Of a DNA stretch of 64,000 nucleotides, positions 30,413 to 40,009 are shown piece by piece. The first letter of the stretch is position 1. The number at the start of each line of letters is the position of its first letter. This DNA is from Candidatus Magasanikiibacteriota bacterium (GTDB taxonomy: Bacteria > Patescibacteriota > Patescibacteriia > Magasanikbacterales > UBA922), in the NCBI GenBank assembly GCA_021648085.1, contig JAKITS010000001.1, positions 541,671 to 605,670 of the forward strand, written 5' to 3'. The position numbers and the translations under genes are program-made. The notes under the pieces were generated by a model, which was not told where the DNA came from, did no database searches, and worked only from the letters and a program-made list of their open reading frames with translations.

Positions 30413-31744
30413 ATGAAAATAAAAACTTTATTCACATGCTCGCATTGCGACGCCCAGTACCAGAAATGGACTGGGCGTTGTTTGGAATGTGGTAAATGGG
30501 GTTCTGTAGAACAAAAAACCACAAACTCAGTGCAAGAGCAAAAAAATAAAATCACAGCAGTCCCAACAAAAACCACAAAATTGTCAGAAATAAAAGGAAC
30601 ATCAATTCAAAGATTTAGCACAACCATCTCTGAAGTTGATCGTGTACTTGGAGGCGGAATTGTACCAGGAGTTTTGATTTTGCTTGGCGGAGAGCCAGGA
30701 ATTGGTAAATCCACCCTATCCATTCAGCTGGCAAACATTGTTCCAAATACAATTTATTTTTCTGGAGAAGAATCTATTGGACAGATTAAATTGCGTGCAG
30801 ACAGACTTGGGATAACTTCCAGCACTTTGGAATTAGCAAATGAAACAAGTGTAGAAATAATCTGTGCAACCATAAAAAATAAAAAACCAAAACTTGCTGT
30901 AATAGATTCTATACAAACAATTTATTCAAGCGAATCACAGAGTGAACTTGGGAGTGTAAACCAAATAAAAGCTTGCACAACAAAATTGCTGGAAGTGGCA
31001 AAAAGCACAAACACAGCAATCTGCATTATTGGGCATGTCACAAAAGATGGAAATGTTGCCGGACCAAAAACTTTGGAACATTTGGTGGATACAGTTTTGT
31101 ATTTGGAAGGAGACAGATACCACGCATATAGAATTTTACGAACAATCAAAAATAGATTTGGATCTACAAATGAAATTGGAATTTTTGAAATGAAAAACGA
31201 AGGTTTGTGCGAGGTAAAAAATGCTTCTGCAACTTTTATAGAAGATCGCGGTGAATCCACTTCTGGAAGTGTAATCACCTGCCTTCTCGAAGGCACACGA
31301 CCAATTTTGGTAGAAGTTCAAGCACTTGTAAACAAAACATCTTTTGGATATCCAGTCCGCAAATCTAGTGGTTTCGATTTAAACAGACTTCATGTTTTGA
31401 TAGCGGTTTTACAAAAAAGAGCAGGTTTAAATTTGTCTGAATATGATGTTCACTTGAATATTGTAGGTGGTGTTCAAGCCAAAGAACCAGCAGTAGACCT
31501 TGCAGTCTGCCTTGCGATTGCAAGCTCGTTTAAAGACAAAGAATTGGGAAGTGATTTGGTAGCTTTTGGCGAAGTTGGACTGGGCGGAGAAATAAGAAAT
31601 ATAAGCCAAACCGAAAAAAGAATAAAAGAATGCGAAAATCTCGGCATGAAAAGAGCTATAATAGCAAAGAGCAAAAAAAGTGTTCAAGGAGGTGTGAAAT
31701 TAATAGAGGTCAAAAATATTCAGGAATTGATAAGGCATACTTGA
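30413..31744 (+). CDS. radA: DNA repair protein RadA/Sms
   Basis: C4 zinc finger, GEPGIGKST, KNRFG, Lon-like C-terminus (GEVGLGGEIR). Confidence 0.98.
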   Translation: MKIKTLFTCSHCDAQYQKWTGRCLECGKWGSVEQKTTNSVQEQKNKITAVPTKTTKLSEIKGTSIQRFSTTISEVDRVLGGGIVPGVLILLGGEPGIGKSTLSIQLANIVPNTIYFSGEESIGQIKLRADRLGITSSTLELANETSVEIICATIKNKKPKLAVIDSIQTIYSSESQSELGSVNQIKACTTKLLEVAKSTNTAICIIGHVTKDGNVAGPKTLEHLVDTVLYLEGDRYHAYRILRTIKNRFGSTNEIGIFEMKNEGLCEVKNASATFIEDRGESTSGSVITCLLEGTRPILVEVQALVNKTSFGYPVRKSSGFDLNRLHVLIAVLQKRAGLNLSEYDVHLNIVGGVQAKEPAVDLAVCLAIASSFKDKELGSDLVAFGEVGLGGEIRNISQTEKRIKECENLGMKRAIIAKSKKSVQGGVKLIEVKNIQELIRHT

Positions 31745-31775
31745 GGTAGCAAATTAAGCAGATTAAGTAAAAAAC

Positions 31776-31803
31776 AAAAAACAGACCAATTAGTCTGTTT
31801 TTT
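31776..31803. terminator. Bidirectional terminator between radA and the guaB-like gene
   Basis: AAAAAACAGAC-CAATTA-GTCTGTTTTTT. Confidence 0.75.
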
Positions 31804-31841
31804 GTTTAAATAATTAAATAAAAATATTAATTAATACTTTT

Positions 31842-33281
31842 TTATTTCACATCAATCAAATCATGTGCACCACTTTCTCTCAATCCTGCGTTTGTGACTC
31901 TTACAAATTCTGCGTTATTTTGTAGCTCACCCACAGTTCTAGAATTTGTATAGCTCATTCCAGAGCGAAGTCCGCCAACAAGCTGACCAATTATATCTCC
32001 CACAGGACCTTTGAATGGTACGACAGCTTCCACTCCTTCTGGTACCACATCGCCCAATTTTTTACTTTCCTGATTCACTTTTTTTCTTCTTTGTGCCACC
32101 GCAAAACTCGCGCTTCCTCGACAAACTTTGAACTTCTTCCCTGCTCTAGACATTACAACTCCAGGGCTTTCTTTTGTACCTGCCAGCATTCCACCAAGCA
32201 TCACAGTGTCTGCTCCAGCTCCAAGTGCTTTTACTATATCCCCAGATTTTTGGATTCCACCATCTGCAATTACCGGCACACCATATTCTTTGGCAACTCT
32301 GGCGCATTCTGCCACAGCGGTAAACTGCGGAACTCCACAACCAGCCACAAGACGAGTAATACAAATAGTTCCTGGGCCAACACCAACCTTAATTCCATCT
32401 ACTCCTGCTTCACACAATTCTCGTGCACCTTTAGCGCTCGCTGTATTTCCTGCAATTATCTGAACATCACCAAACTGCTCGCGCAATTTACGAACTGCAC
32501 TAAACATCAATTCAGAATGACCATGTGCAATATCTACCACCAAAACATCAACACCCACATTTATCAAAGCACTCGCTCTTTCAAGGTAATCTCCGTGAAC
32601 ACCAATAGAACCACCCACAATCAACCTACCTTTTTTGTCCACATTTGCATAAGGATAATCAATCAAATTTTTTATATCACAACTTGTAATCAACCCAACG
32701 ATAGAATTATTCATATCTACCAACGGCAACTTCTCCACTCTGTGTTGAGCTAGTAATCTTTTTGCTTCATTTAGATTTGTAGATGCATCCCCTACCACAA
32801 GTCTATCTCGAGGTGTCATCACGTCTCGCACAAGCAAACCATCATCTTCTGCAAACAAAATATCGCGCTTGGACAAAACACCCAAAAGTCGTCCATCGCC
32901 ATTTGAGACAAGAAGTCCTGTCACACCATTGTTCGCCATAACCTGTTTTGCAATACTTACTGTCTTATTTGGATCAATAGTATAAGGCTCATAAATTACA
33001 AAATTCTGTGCACGTTTTACCCTTTTTACCTCTTCTGCATTTTCTTCTATCGTCATAAACCTATGTAAAATTCCAATTCCACCAAGCCGTGCCATGCTTA
33101 TAGCCATCTCGGACTCAGTCACAGTATCCATATTTGAACTTATTATCGGTGCACTCAGTGAGATTTGTTTTGTAAGCCAAGTTGAGGTGTCAGCTTCACT
33201 TCTAGATCTCATAGAAGATCTCTGCGGAACAATCAAGACATCATCATAAGTTAATGCGATCGGAATATTGTTTACATCCAT
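31842..33281 (-). CDS. guaB: IMPDH/GMPR-family oxidoreductase with CBS domains. The symbol is the family default; the motifs favour GMP reductase.
   Basis: LTYDDVL, SNMDTV, two CBS domains, VDIAHGHS, GPGTICITR (catalytic Cys), ADGGI, VPEGVE; the flap lacks the RY dyad. Confidence 0.85.
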   Translation of the reverse strand: MDVNNIPIALTYDDVLIVPQRSSMRSRSEADTSTWLTKQISLSAPIISSNMDTVTESEMAISMARLGGIGILHRFMTIEENAEEVKRVKRAQNFVIYEPYTIDPNKTVSIAKQVMANNGVTGLLVSNGDGRLLGVLSKRDILFAEDDGLLVRDVMTPRDRLVVGDASTNLNEAKRLLAQHRVEKLPLVDMNNSIVGLITSCDIKNLIDYPYANVDKKGRLIVGGSIGVHGDYLERASALINVGVDVLVVDIAHGHSELMFSAVRKLREQFGDVQIIAGNTASAKGARELCEAGVDGIKVGVGPGTICITRLVAGCGVPQFTAVAECARVAKEYGVPVIADGGIQKSGDIVKALGAGADTVMLGGMLAGTKESPGVVMSRAGKKFKVCRGSASFAVAQRRKKVNQESKKLGDVVPEGVEAVVPFKGPVGDIIGQLVGGLRSGMSYTNSRTVGELQNNAEFVRVTNAGLRESGAHDLIDVK

Positions 33282-33310
33282 ATGGTTTAATTTAAAATAT
33301 TTTTATTTTT

Positions 33311-33487
33311 TTAACCTCCAGAACATTTGAAATTTCCTGCATGCCAGACAGGAGATTATCATTGGTTCAGCACTTTTAGTTATCTTTTAATGTCAAAAGG
33401 TAAGGTTAGAACATTTTTATGTTATCGTCAAAAAAGAATGTTTAGATGAAATAAAGACGAGATCCTTCGACTTCGCTCAGGATGACG
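33311..33487 (+). repeat. Family B repeat (short form) joined to a family C palindrome
   Basis: TAACCTCCAGAACATTTGAAATTTCCTG...CAAAAGGTAAGG...CGAGATCCTTCGACTTCGCTCAGGATGACG. Confidence 0.78.
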
Positions 33488-33496
33488 TGAAAATAC

Positions 33497-35566
33497 TCAC
33501 TCCAAATGGACCCCTCTTTCCCATTCTTTTAATTTTTCAACTAATGTTGGATAATTTAAAATTTCTAAATCCTCCACCAAACTTTTAGACAAATTTATAA
33601 TTCTTGTATCAGTCAAAGAAGCAAATTTAAAATCTAGCTGACCGCTTTGAATTTTACCATAAACTTGTCCAGGTCCACGAGTTTGCAAATCGAACTCTGC
33701 AATCATCAAACCGTCTCTATTTTTTTCAAAAAAATCCAACCTCTCCCAAGATTTCTCAGATTTACTATTTGTAAATACAAAACAATAAGATTGATGGGAA
33801 CTTCGCCCAACTCTACCACGAAATTGATGAAGCTGTGCAAGCCCAAACCTGTCTGCATCTTCTATCATCATAACGCTCGCATTTGGGATATCCACACCCA
33901 CTTCTACCACAGATGTAGAGACCAAAATATCCAAATCTCCGCTCGAAAACTTTTTCATTACCTTGTCTTTTTCACCGGCTTTTAGTTTACCATGAAGGTA
34001 TCCAATTTTTAAATCAGGGAAAACTTTTTTTGACAACCTTTCATATTCATTTAGTACAGATTTTTTCTCATCTCCTTCGCCATCTTTGTTTTCTATCAAC
34101 GGACAAATCACAAAAACTTGCCTTCCGCCCACCACTTGCGCGCGAATAAAATCATAAGCTTTATGCCTGTTTTGTTCGCTCACTACTCTAGATTTCACCG
34201 GTTTTCTACCACTTGGCATTTGCGTAATTGTAGAAATATCCAAATCCCCACAAAGCACCAAAGCCAAAGACCTGGGAATTGGTGTTGCAGACATGGTTAG
34301 AAAATGTGGCATTCTATCTTTCAATCCAGATTTTTCCTTCAAAGTTTTTCTCTGCTCTACTCCAAATCTATGTTGTTCATCTATTATTATCAACCCAAGT
34401 TTTTTGAATTCCACCTTATCCCCCAAAAGTGTATGGGTTCCAATTATAATATCCGCCTCACCATTTTTTATAAGTTTTATCATTTTTGCTTTGGAAAAAA
34501 CGGCTTCGCCCTCACTATTTTTCAAAATTCTATTTGTTCTCGTAAACAAAGCAATATTCACATCTCCCAAAAATTTCTGAAAAGAATTGAAATGCTGTTT
34601 TGCCAAAATTTCTGTTGGTGCCAAAATAGCGGTCTGGTGTTTGTTCAAAATTGTATTATAACCAGCAATTGCCGCAACCACGGTTTTTCCACTTCCTACA
34701 TCTCCCTGAAGCATTCTGTTCATTGGAGAGTCTTTTTGCAAATCTTTCAAAATCTCCCAAGAAACCACTCGTTGATCCTCAGTCAGTTCAAACGGTAATG
34801 ACTTTACAAACTTTTTCATCTTTTCTTCTTTAAATAAAATCTTTGGCGCTTGAAAACTTTTATTTTGATCACGAATAAATTTTGCACGAAGTTGCAGTAA
34901 AAATAATTCATCGAATTTTAACCTTTCTCTTGCACTTGTCAAATTTTCATTATTTTCTGGAAAATGAATACCTTTTACAGCTTCGCTTGTGGAAAATAAA
35001 TTTAACTTATCAAAAATTTCCTGCGGTAACCACTCTTCAATTTTCTCTGCCAATTTTATAACCTGCCCCACAAAATAACGGATCTGCTTTTGAGTCAATC
35101 CAAAAGTAGAAGGATAAATTGGAATTATTCTAGCAGTATGTTTTGTCTGCTCCTCACTCGCCTTTTCATAAATAGGCCCAGCAAACAAAATTCCAAGTCT
35201 ATCCAAACTTGGAGTTCCAGAAAAATAAACTTCATCACCTACATTTAAAGTTTTTGCGATAAAAGGCTGACCAAACCACAAAATCCTCATTCGCCCACTA
35301 TCGTCCGAAATCAAAGCCTCGGTCAAAAAAGTGTGCTTCCTTTTACTCCTCTTATTTTTTATCAATTCTATTTTTGCTTTTACCGTCACTGCCTCCCCTA
35401 CTTTTGCATCTTTTATTTCTACGATTTTACTATAATCCTCATAACGAAATGGAAAATGGCGCAACAAATCACGGACATTTTTTATGCCCAATTTATCAAA
35501 TCTTTTCCTCAACTTATCCCCAATTTTATTCAAAGATTGTATTGGTGTTTCTAAAGTTATATTCAC
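33497..35566 (-). CDS. recG: ATP-dependent DNA helicase RecG
   Basis: QGDVGSGKT, DEQHRFGVEQR, SATPIPRSL, QLHQFRGRVGR, RGPG; GTG start. Confidence 0.98.
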   Translation of the reverse strand: MNITLETPIQSLNKIGDKLRKRFDKLGIKNVRDLLRHFPFRYEDYSKIVEIKDAKVGEAVTVKAKIELIKNKRSKRKHTFLTEALISDDSGRMRILWFGQPFIAKTLNVGDEVYFSGTPSLDRLGILFAGPIYEKASEEQTKHTARIIPIYPSTFGLTQKQIRYFVGQVIKLAEKIEEWLPQEIFDKLNLFSTSEAVKGIHFPENNENLTSARERLKFDELFLLQLRAKFIRDQNKSFQAPKILFKEEKMKKFVKSLPFELTEDQRVVSWEILKDLQKDSPMNRMLQGDVGSGKTVVAAIAGYNTILNKHQTAILAPTEILAKQHFNSFQKFLGDVNIALFTRTNRILKNSEGEAVFSKAKMIKLIKNGEADIIIGTHTLLGDKVEFKKLGLIIIDEQHRFGVEQRKTLKEKSGLKDRMPHFLTMSATPIPRSLALVLCGDLDISTITQMPSGRKPVKSRVVSEQNRHKAYDFIRAQVVGGRQVFVICPLIENKDGEGDEKKSVLNEYERLSKKVFPDLKIGYLHGKLKAGEKDKVMKKFSSGDLDILVSTSVVEVGVDIPNASVMMIEDADRFGLAQLHQFRGRVGRSSHQSYCFVFTNSKSEKSWERLDFFEKNRDGLMIAEFDLQTRGPGQVYGKIQSGQLDFKFASLTDTRIINLSKSLVEDLEILNYPTLVEKLKEWERGVHLE

Positions 35567-35567
35567 A

Positions 35568-35725
35568 AGATTTATTGTTAAATAATTTTTTGATGAAAAT
35601 TTTTATATTTCGAGCGAAACGAAGATAAAAATTATGAGGTATTGCCATAGCACTATTGAATAATTTTTATCAAGTTATAGCCGAAATATAGAAATTTTGG
35701 CGAAAAATTATCCAACAATAGATCT
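35568..35725. mobile_element. ~158-bp palindromic element (family A-related) abutting the recG start codon
   Basis: Imperfect inverted repeat AGATTTATTGTTAAATAATTTTT / AAAAATTATCCAACAATAGATCT; internal TATATTTCGAGCGAAA...TAGCCGAAATATA as in family A. Confidence 0.65.
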
Positions 35726-35791
35726 GTCGCTTATATATTTTAACATCTGCAAAAAATTTTACAAATAAAAAAACCAGTATTTCTACTGGTT

Positions 35792-36139
35792 TTAAACCTT
35801 GTTAGACAAAGATTTAAAAAATATTTTACTATTTTTAATAACATAAATAAAAGATTTAAAAAATATCTTTTTAGTAAAAGAGTTATTCAAAAAATAAATA
35901 TCAACAAACAAAACAGACATACAAAAAACAAAAAAGAAAGAAGCTGGAATATAAGTATTAATTACATTAGATATATAATAAAATCTTGAATTAAGTAAAC
36001 ATAACTCATAAAAATAAGTATTAACATTAAAAATAGGTAATAATAAATAAACTAAAGATAACACTCCAAACAAAATCCCACTTTTAACTACCATTTTTCT
36101 ATGTAATCTTTCACTAATTAATAAAAAAGATTTTTCCAC
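35792..36139 (-). CDS. Orphan membrane protein (boxA/SD class)
   Basis: GTG start after AGGAGGT; two TM segments; terminator at 35767-35793. Confidence 0.6.
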   Translation of the reverse strand: MEKSFLLISERLHRKMVVKSGILFGVLSLVYLLLPIFNVNTYFYELCLLNSRFYYISNVINTYIPASFFFVFCMSVLFVDIYFLNNSFTKKIFFKSFIYVIKNSKIFFKSLSNKV

Positions 36140-36243
36140 TCTTACCTCCTTTTTGTAATTTTATAAATTGTAAAGAACTTTAAATAAATCTACCATTTTA
36201 TTCCAATTTTGTCAACAAAAAAAACCAGTATTCTTACTAATTT
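36140..36243 (-). promoter_or_regulatory. Repeated expression module (terminator, promoter, boxA-like motif, SD), copy 1
   Basis: TTGACA-17-TAGATT, TATTTAAAGTTCTTTACAATTTAT, AGGAGGT; closely similar to 37381-37487. Confidence 0.8.
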
Positions 36244-36252
36244 ATTTATTAT

Positions 36253-37380
36253 TTAAACACTAAACTCTTCTAATTCAACATCAACCAATTCTTCTAAAAC
36301 AGAGCCTAATTCATCCAACCCTAATCCTTCAGAAAAATCAGAAACAGTTAATGCCAGTTTAATATCAACTTGTCTTACAATATCTTCACTTTCTTGGCGT
36401 ATCTTTTCTAATTCACCTGCTATTTCTCCTGACATTTTTTCCAATATTTTATCAACTTCATCACTAATTTCTTGAATATCTCCAACCAACTTTCGTACAT
36501 CTTCCATAATTTTCAAATCTGGCAAAGTAGTTTGCTGAAAAACCTCTAAAGATACTCTTGTTTTACTAATATACTCTTCTTTGTCAATTTTAAAACCTCT
36601 TAAAATAACCTGCTCTCTTAAAAGATGTTCATTATATTTATTAACCGCATAAATAGCCAAATTTATATGTTTAGGAATCTTTCTGTTTAAGCGTTGGTAT
36701 TCATTTTTCCGCACCGAAAGAACTTCATTCAAACGAACAACCTCACTTAAATTAAACTCAATTCTTTTATATTGTTTTTGATAGTCGCTATCATTACCAA
36801 ACAAATCACTCTCTAACTCATTAAGTCTTTTTTTATTATGCTCAATAGCAAAATCATAATAATTTTTATCAAACTCATCTTTAAATTTATTTGGATTAAA
36901 TGATACCGCACAAAAAACTCCATTTGGTTTAAATTCTTTATATTCAAAATTATTTTCACATGACACATGTACAAACTTTTGTATATTTTCTTTGTTATAA
37001 AAGTTTAACAAAATAAAAAAAATAAAAACCAACAAAACAAAAGATAAGACAAAAGATAAAATACTTTGAAAAATTACAAGAAAAATAGGTAGATAAAAAC
37101 AAAAAAAAGGAATTATAGATAAAATCAATATCTTATTTCTAATATCATTTTTGTTTAAAATTAAAAACATATTATTTTTTTTAGATTGTTTTTCTATTTT
37201 TTTTAATATTTCCAATCTTTGATTTTCTTGTCTTACTATTTTTAATTCATAAGAAGCTTTTTCTTCTTTTACTTGATCTTCATATTTCTTTTTTGCCTTT
37301 TCAAACTCTTCATCATAAATATTACGGCGTATAGATACAAAATCTAACCACAATCTTTTTTTTAATGTATCGATTTTCAC
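36253..37380 (-). CDS. Orphan coiled-coil protein with two TM helices (boxA/SD class)
   Basis: 375-aa AT-rich ORF; GTG start after AGGAGGT. Confidence 0.7.
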   Translation of the reverse strand: MKIDTLKKRLWLDFVSIRRNIYDEEFEKAKKKYEDQVKEEKASYELKIVRQENQRLEILKKIEKQSKKNNMFLILNKNDIRNKILILSIIPFFCFYLPIFLVIFQSILSFVLSFVLLVFIFFILLNFYNKENIQKFVHVSCENNFEYKEFKPNGVFCAVSFNPNKFKDEFDKNYYDFAIEHNKKRLNELESDLFGNDSDYQKQYKRIEFNLSEVVRLNEVLSVRKNEYQRLNRKIPKHINLAIYAVNKYNEHLLREQVILRGFKIDKEEYISKTRVSLEVFQQTTLPDLKIMEDVRKLVGDIQEISDEVDKILEKMSGEIAGELEKIRQESEDIVRQVDIKLALTVSDFSEGLGLDELGSVLEELVDVELEEFSV

Positions 37381-37487
37381 TGTGCACCTCCTTTTTGCAG
37401 TTTCATAAATTGTAAAGAACTTTAAATAAACTTATCATTTTTTCTAGATTTTGTCAACAAAAAAACCAGTATTTCTACTAGTTTTTT
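37381..37487 (-). promoter_or_regulatory. Repeated expression module, copy 2
   Basis: TTGACA (37452-37457)-17-TAAGTT, GTTCTTTACAA (37410-37420), AGGAGGT (37386-37392); ACCAGTA-type terminator upstream. Confidence 0.8.
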
Positions 37488-37541
37488 GTCTCTTACTCAA
37501 TCTGCCTAATCTGCTTATTTCTTATATTTTCTATTCTATTG

Positions 37542-37613
37542 TGCTCTCGGCAGGAATCGAACCTACATCCCCAGTTCCGCAAACTAGTGTCCTATCCGTT
37601 GAACGACGAGAGC
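37542..37613 (-). tRNA. tRNA-Arg(GCG)
   Basis: GCTCTCGTCGTTCAACGGATAGGACA-CTAGT-TTGCGGA-ACTGG...GGTTCGATTCCTGCCGAGAGCA. Confidence 0.92.
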
Positions 37614-37668
37614 AAATTATATCTGGAACAGTCCAATTATACCTCAAAACCATGACAAAGTCAACCAT

Positions 37669-37830
37669 AAGAACCTATTCAACATCTTTTTCCTATTTAA
37701 TCTCACTCTATTTTGACTACAAATTTTATAAACAAGTTCGGTATAAAAATATTATTCCTTACTTTTTTATAAAATTTTCGCTCAAAATATAATAAAACTG
37801 ACTTAGAAAAAAGATATTAAATATGTTCTA
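37669..37830. mobile_element. ~160-bp palindromic MITE-like element, family A
   Basis: The reverse complement aligns by eye with 7889-8047 (TTTTATTATATTTTGAGCGAAAAT.TTATAAAAAAGT...ATTTGTAG.CA.AATAGA). Confidence 0.72.
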
Positions 37831-37880
37831 GAAACAAAAAATACAAGTTTCCTTGTGTTTTTTGTTTAGTGTTTTTAAAA

Positions 37881-37922
37881 CGAGATCCGTTCGACTCCAC
37901 TTCGTTTTGCTCAGGATGACGT
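37881..37922. repeat. Family C REP-like palindrome
   Basis: CGAGATCCGTTCGACTCCACTTCGTTTTGCTCAGGATGACGT. Confidence 0.75.
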
Positions 37923-37974
37923 GAATATTTTTTCTTTTTTAGTTTAAACTACTTACTCTTCCTATTTTACTGTT

Positions 37975-38478
37975 TTACAAAAGTCTCCAGTTTCTAGCCA
38001 ACCTATCGGACAAAGGTTCTTCTTTTTCTATATCTTCTGCCAAATACTGACTCAAGATTTGTTTTATCTCCAGTGGATTTTCATCTAAAAGTGGAATTCT
38101 TAAAATTGGACGCAATGCACTTTCTGTTTCTATAAACAAAGTCTTCACATCTTCCAAAGGGTTGTAAACAATAAAAAATTCTGTCAACTCTGAGTATGAA
38201 TAAAATCTTGTACCAAGAATAATACCCAACTCTGAAATTTTAAACTCAATTTGTGGAGCCTGTTGGTGAGCCTGAAGAAACAAAATAATAGAAAATAAAA
38301 TAATAATCAAAGAAAAAAGAAAATTACCCGTAATAACACCGACGACAACCATTCCTAAACCAGATGAAATAATTAAAATAAACCAAAGCCTGCTCCTGCT
38401 TTGTTGCTCGTATTCTTGGATAGTCCACTCTTGGTGAATATCTCCCAATAAAGTTTTTCCTGTTATTTGTTCTGGCAT
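37975..38478 (-). CDS. Hypothetical membrane protein (two TM helices and a PH-like domain)
   Basis: EW...EYEQQSRSRLWF, two TM helices, then FKISELGIILGTRFYSYSELTEF. Confidence 0.7.
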   Translation of the reverse strand: MPEQITGKTLLGDIHQEWTIQEYEQQSRSRLWFILIISSGLGMVVVGVITGNFLFSLIIILFSIILFLQAHQQAPQIEFKISELGIILGTRFYSYSELTEFFIVYNPLEDVKTLFIETESALRPILRIPLLDENPLEIKQILSQYLAEDIEKEEPLSDRLARNWRLL

Positions 38479-38567
38479 ATAAAGACATTATACAACAAAA
38501 CAATAAAATAATAAAATACAGAGCTAAATATTGCCAAACACCATTTTTTCCCATATAATAAGCTTAT

Positions 38568-40004
38568 ATGCAGAGAACTGACATTAATTTTGTTTTACAA
38601 GGAGAGGATCAAGAGTCAAATCAACAAGAACCTGGCAAAAAACGTTCCAAGTTTTTTTTATTTTTGATTGTTTTTGTATTACTACTTTTGGGTGGCTATA
38701 CAGCACGCGCAATAACTTCAAACAGCTCAAACAATCCAGACGATTATGATCCTATAACACTAGAGCCTGTTCGACCTGAAGGAATCTTTCAAAGACTAAA
38801 ATATTTTGTATTTAACAAAGAGGTAAAACTAGAAGGGGAAAAAGATGACAGAATAAACATCCTGCTTTTGGGTATGGGAGGTTTAGGACACGACGGACCA
38901 TTTCTTACAGACACTATTATTATTGCAAGTATAAAACCATCCACAGGAGAAGTTGCAATGATTTCAATACCTAGGGATTTGGGAGTATATATAAAAGGTG
39001 AAGGTTGGTGGAAGATAAACCACGCAAACCACTTTGGAGAAAAACAAAAATCTAACCAAGGCGGAGCTTTTGCAACAGAAGTTATTTCTGACACTTTCAA
39101 CATAGATATTCCATATTATATTCGAGTAGACTTTAAAGCTTTTGAAAAGATTGTAGATGATGTTGGAGGCGTAAATGTCTTCGTTGAAAATGCTTTCAAA
39201 GATAGTCAATATCCAGCAGAAGACGATTTATATAAAACAATTTCATTTGCTCAAGGTGAACAAGAAATGAACGGAGAAACTGCACTTGAATATTCAAGAT
39301 CTAGACACGGAAACAACGGCGAAGGATCAGATTTTGCTAGAGCAAGAAGACAACAACAAGTTATACTAGCTTTAAAAGAAAAAGTATTTTCTTTTTCTAC
39401 ACTCGCGAACCCACTCAAAATTTACAACATTATAAAAACATTAGACAGACATATCACCACAAACATGGAGTTTGCTGATATCGTAACATTTATGAAAGTT
39501 ATAAAAGAAGATTTGGACACAAAAAATATAAAAACTTTTGTGTTAGACAATAGCCCAAACGGATACTTAAAAAATATAGTCGGCGCAAACGGTGCTTATA
39601 TGCTTCAGCCAAAAACTGGAGATTTCGGTGAAATAAATTATCTAATTGCAAATATTTTTGAAGCTCAGCCACAAAAACCACAAATAGTAGCAGAGCAAAA
39701 TTCACCAAAATATTACAGCGATGCTAAAATAGAAATACAAAATGGAACTTGGATAGCAGGAATGGCAGCAAGACTAGAAAACAAATTAGAAAAGAAAGGT
39801 TTTGATGTCGGTGAACTTGGAAATACTGCAGAGAGACCACAACAATTAAGTGGTATATATATAATAGGATCTGACCAAAAAACAGATACAGCAAAGGCGT
39901 TAAAAGAAGAACTAGGAATATCCATAAGAAAACTACCAAATAACTTGACTTTTACCTCCAGTAGTGATATTCTTATCATCTTAGGAACAGACTTTGAATT
40001 ATAG
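38568..40004 (+). CDS. LCP (LytR-CpsA-Psr) family glycopolymer transferase with LytR_C domain
   Basis: INILLLG, TDTIII, SIPRD, KINHA, ALEYSRSRH, DFARARRQQQV; C-terminal IEIQNGT..AGMA...ILIILGTDF. Confidence 0.93.
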   Translation: MQRTDINFVLQGEDQESNQQEPGKKRSKFFLFLIVFVLLLLGGYTARAITSNSSNNPDDYDPITLEPVRPEGIFQRLKYFVFNKEVKLEGEKDDRINILLLGMGGLGHDGPFLTDTIIIASIKPSTGEVAMISIPRDLGVYIKGEGWWKINHANHFGEKQKSNQGGAFATEVISDTFNIDIPYYIRVDFKAFEKIVDDVGGVNVFVENAFKDSQYPAEDDLYKTISFAQGEQEMNGETALEYSRSRHGNNGEGSDFARARRQQQVILALKEKVFSFSTLANPLKIYNIIKTLDRHITTNMEFADIVTFMKVIKEDLDTKNIKTFVLDNSPNGYLKNIVGANGAYMLQPKTGDFGEINYLIANIFEAQPQKPQIVAEQNSPKYYSDAKIEIQNGTWIAGMAARLENKLEKKGFDVGELGNTAERPQQLSGIYIIGSDQKTDTAKALKEELGISIRKLPNNLTFTSSSDILIILGTDFEL

Positions 40005-40009
40005 AAAAT

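Noticed and set aside
32091-34833. Long antisense ORFs opposite the guaB-like gene and recG
   Set aside because: Fully overlap conserved genes on the other strand and show no motifs.
35567-35745. In-frame extension of RecG through the upstream palindrome
   Set aside because: An in-frame TAA lies about 11 codons upstream of the GTG.
35767-37487. Classical integron
   Set aside because: No integrase and no attC-type RYYYAAC...GTTRRRY sites recognised; the cassettes carry their own promoters.
37451-37792. 113-aa + strand ORF
   Set aside because: Reads through the antisense of tRNA-Arg and a family A palindrome.
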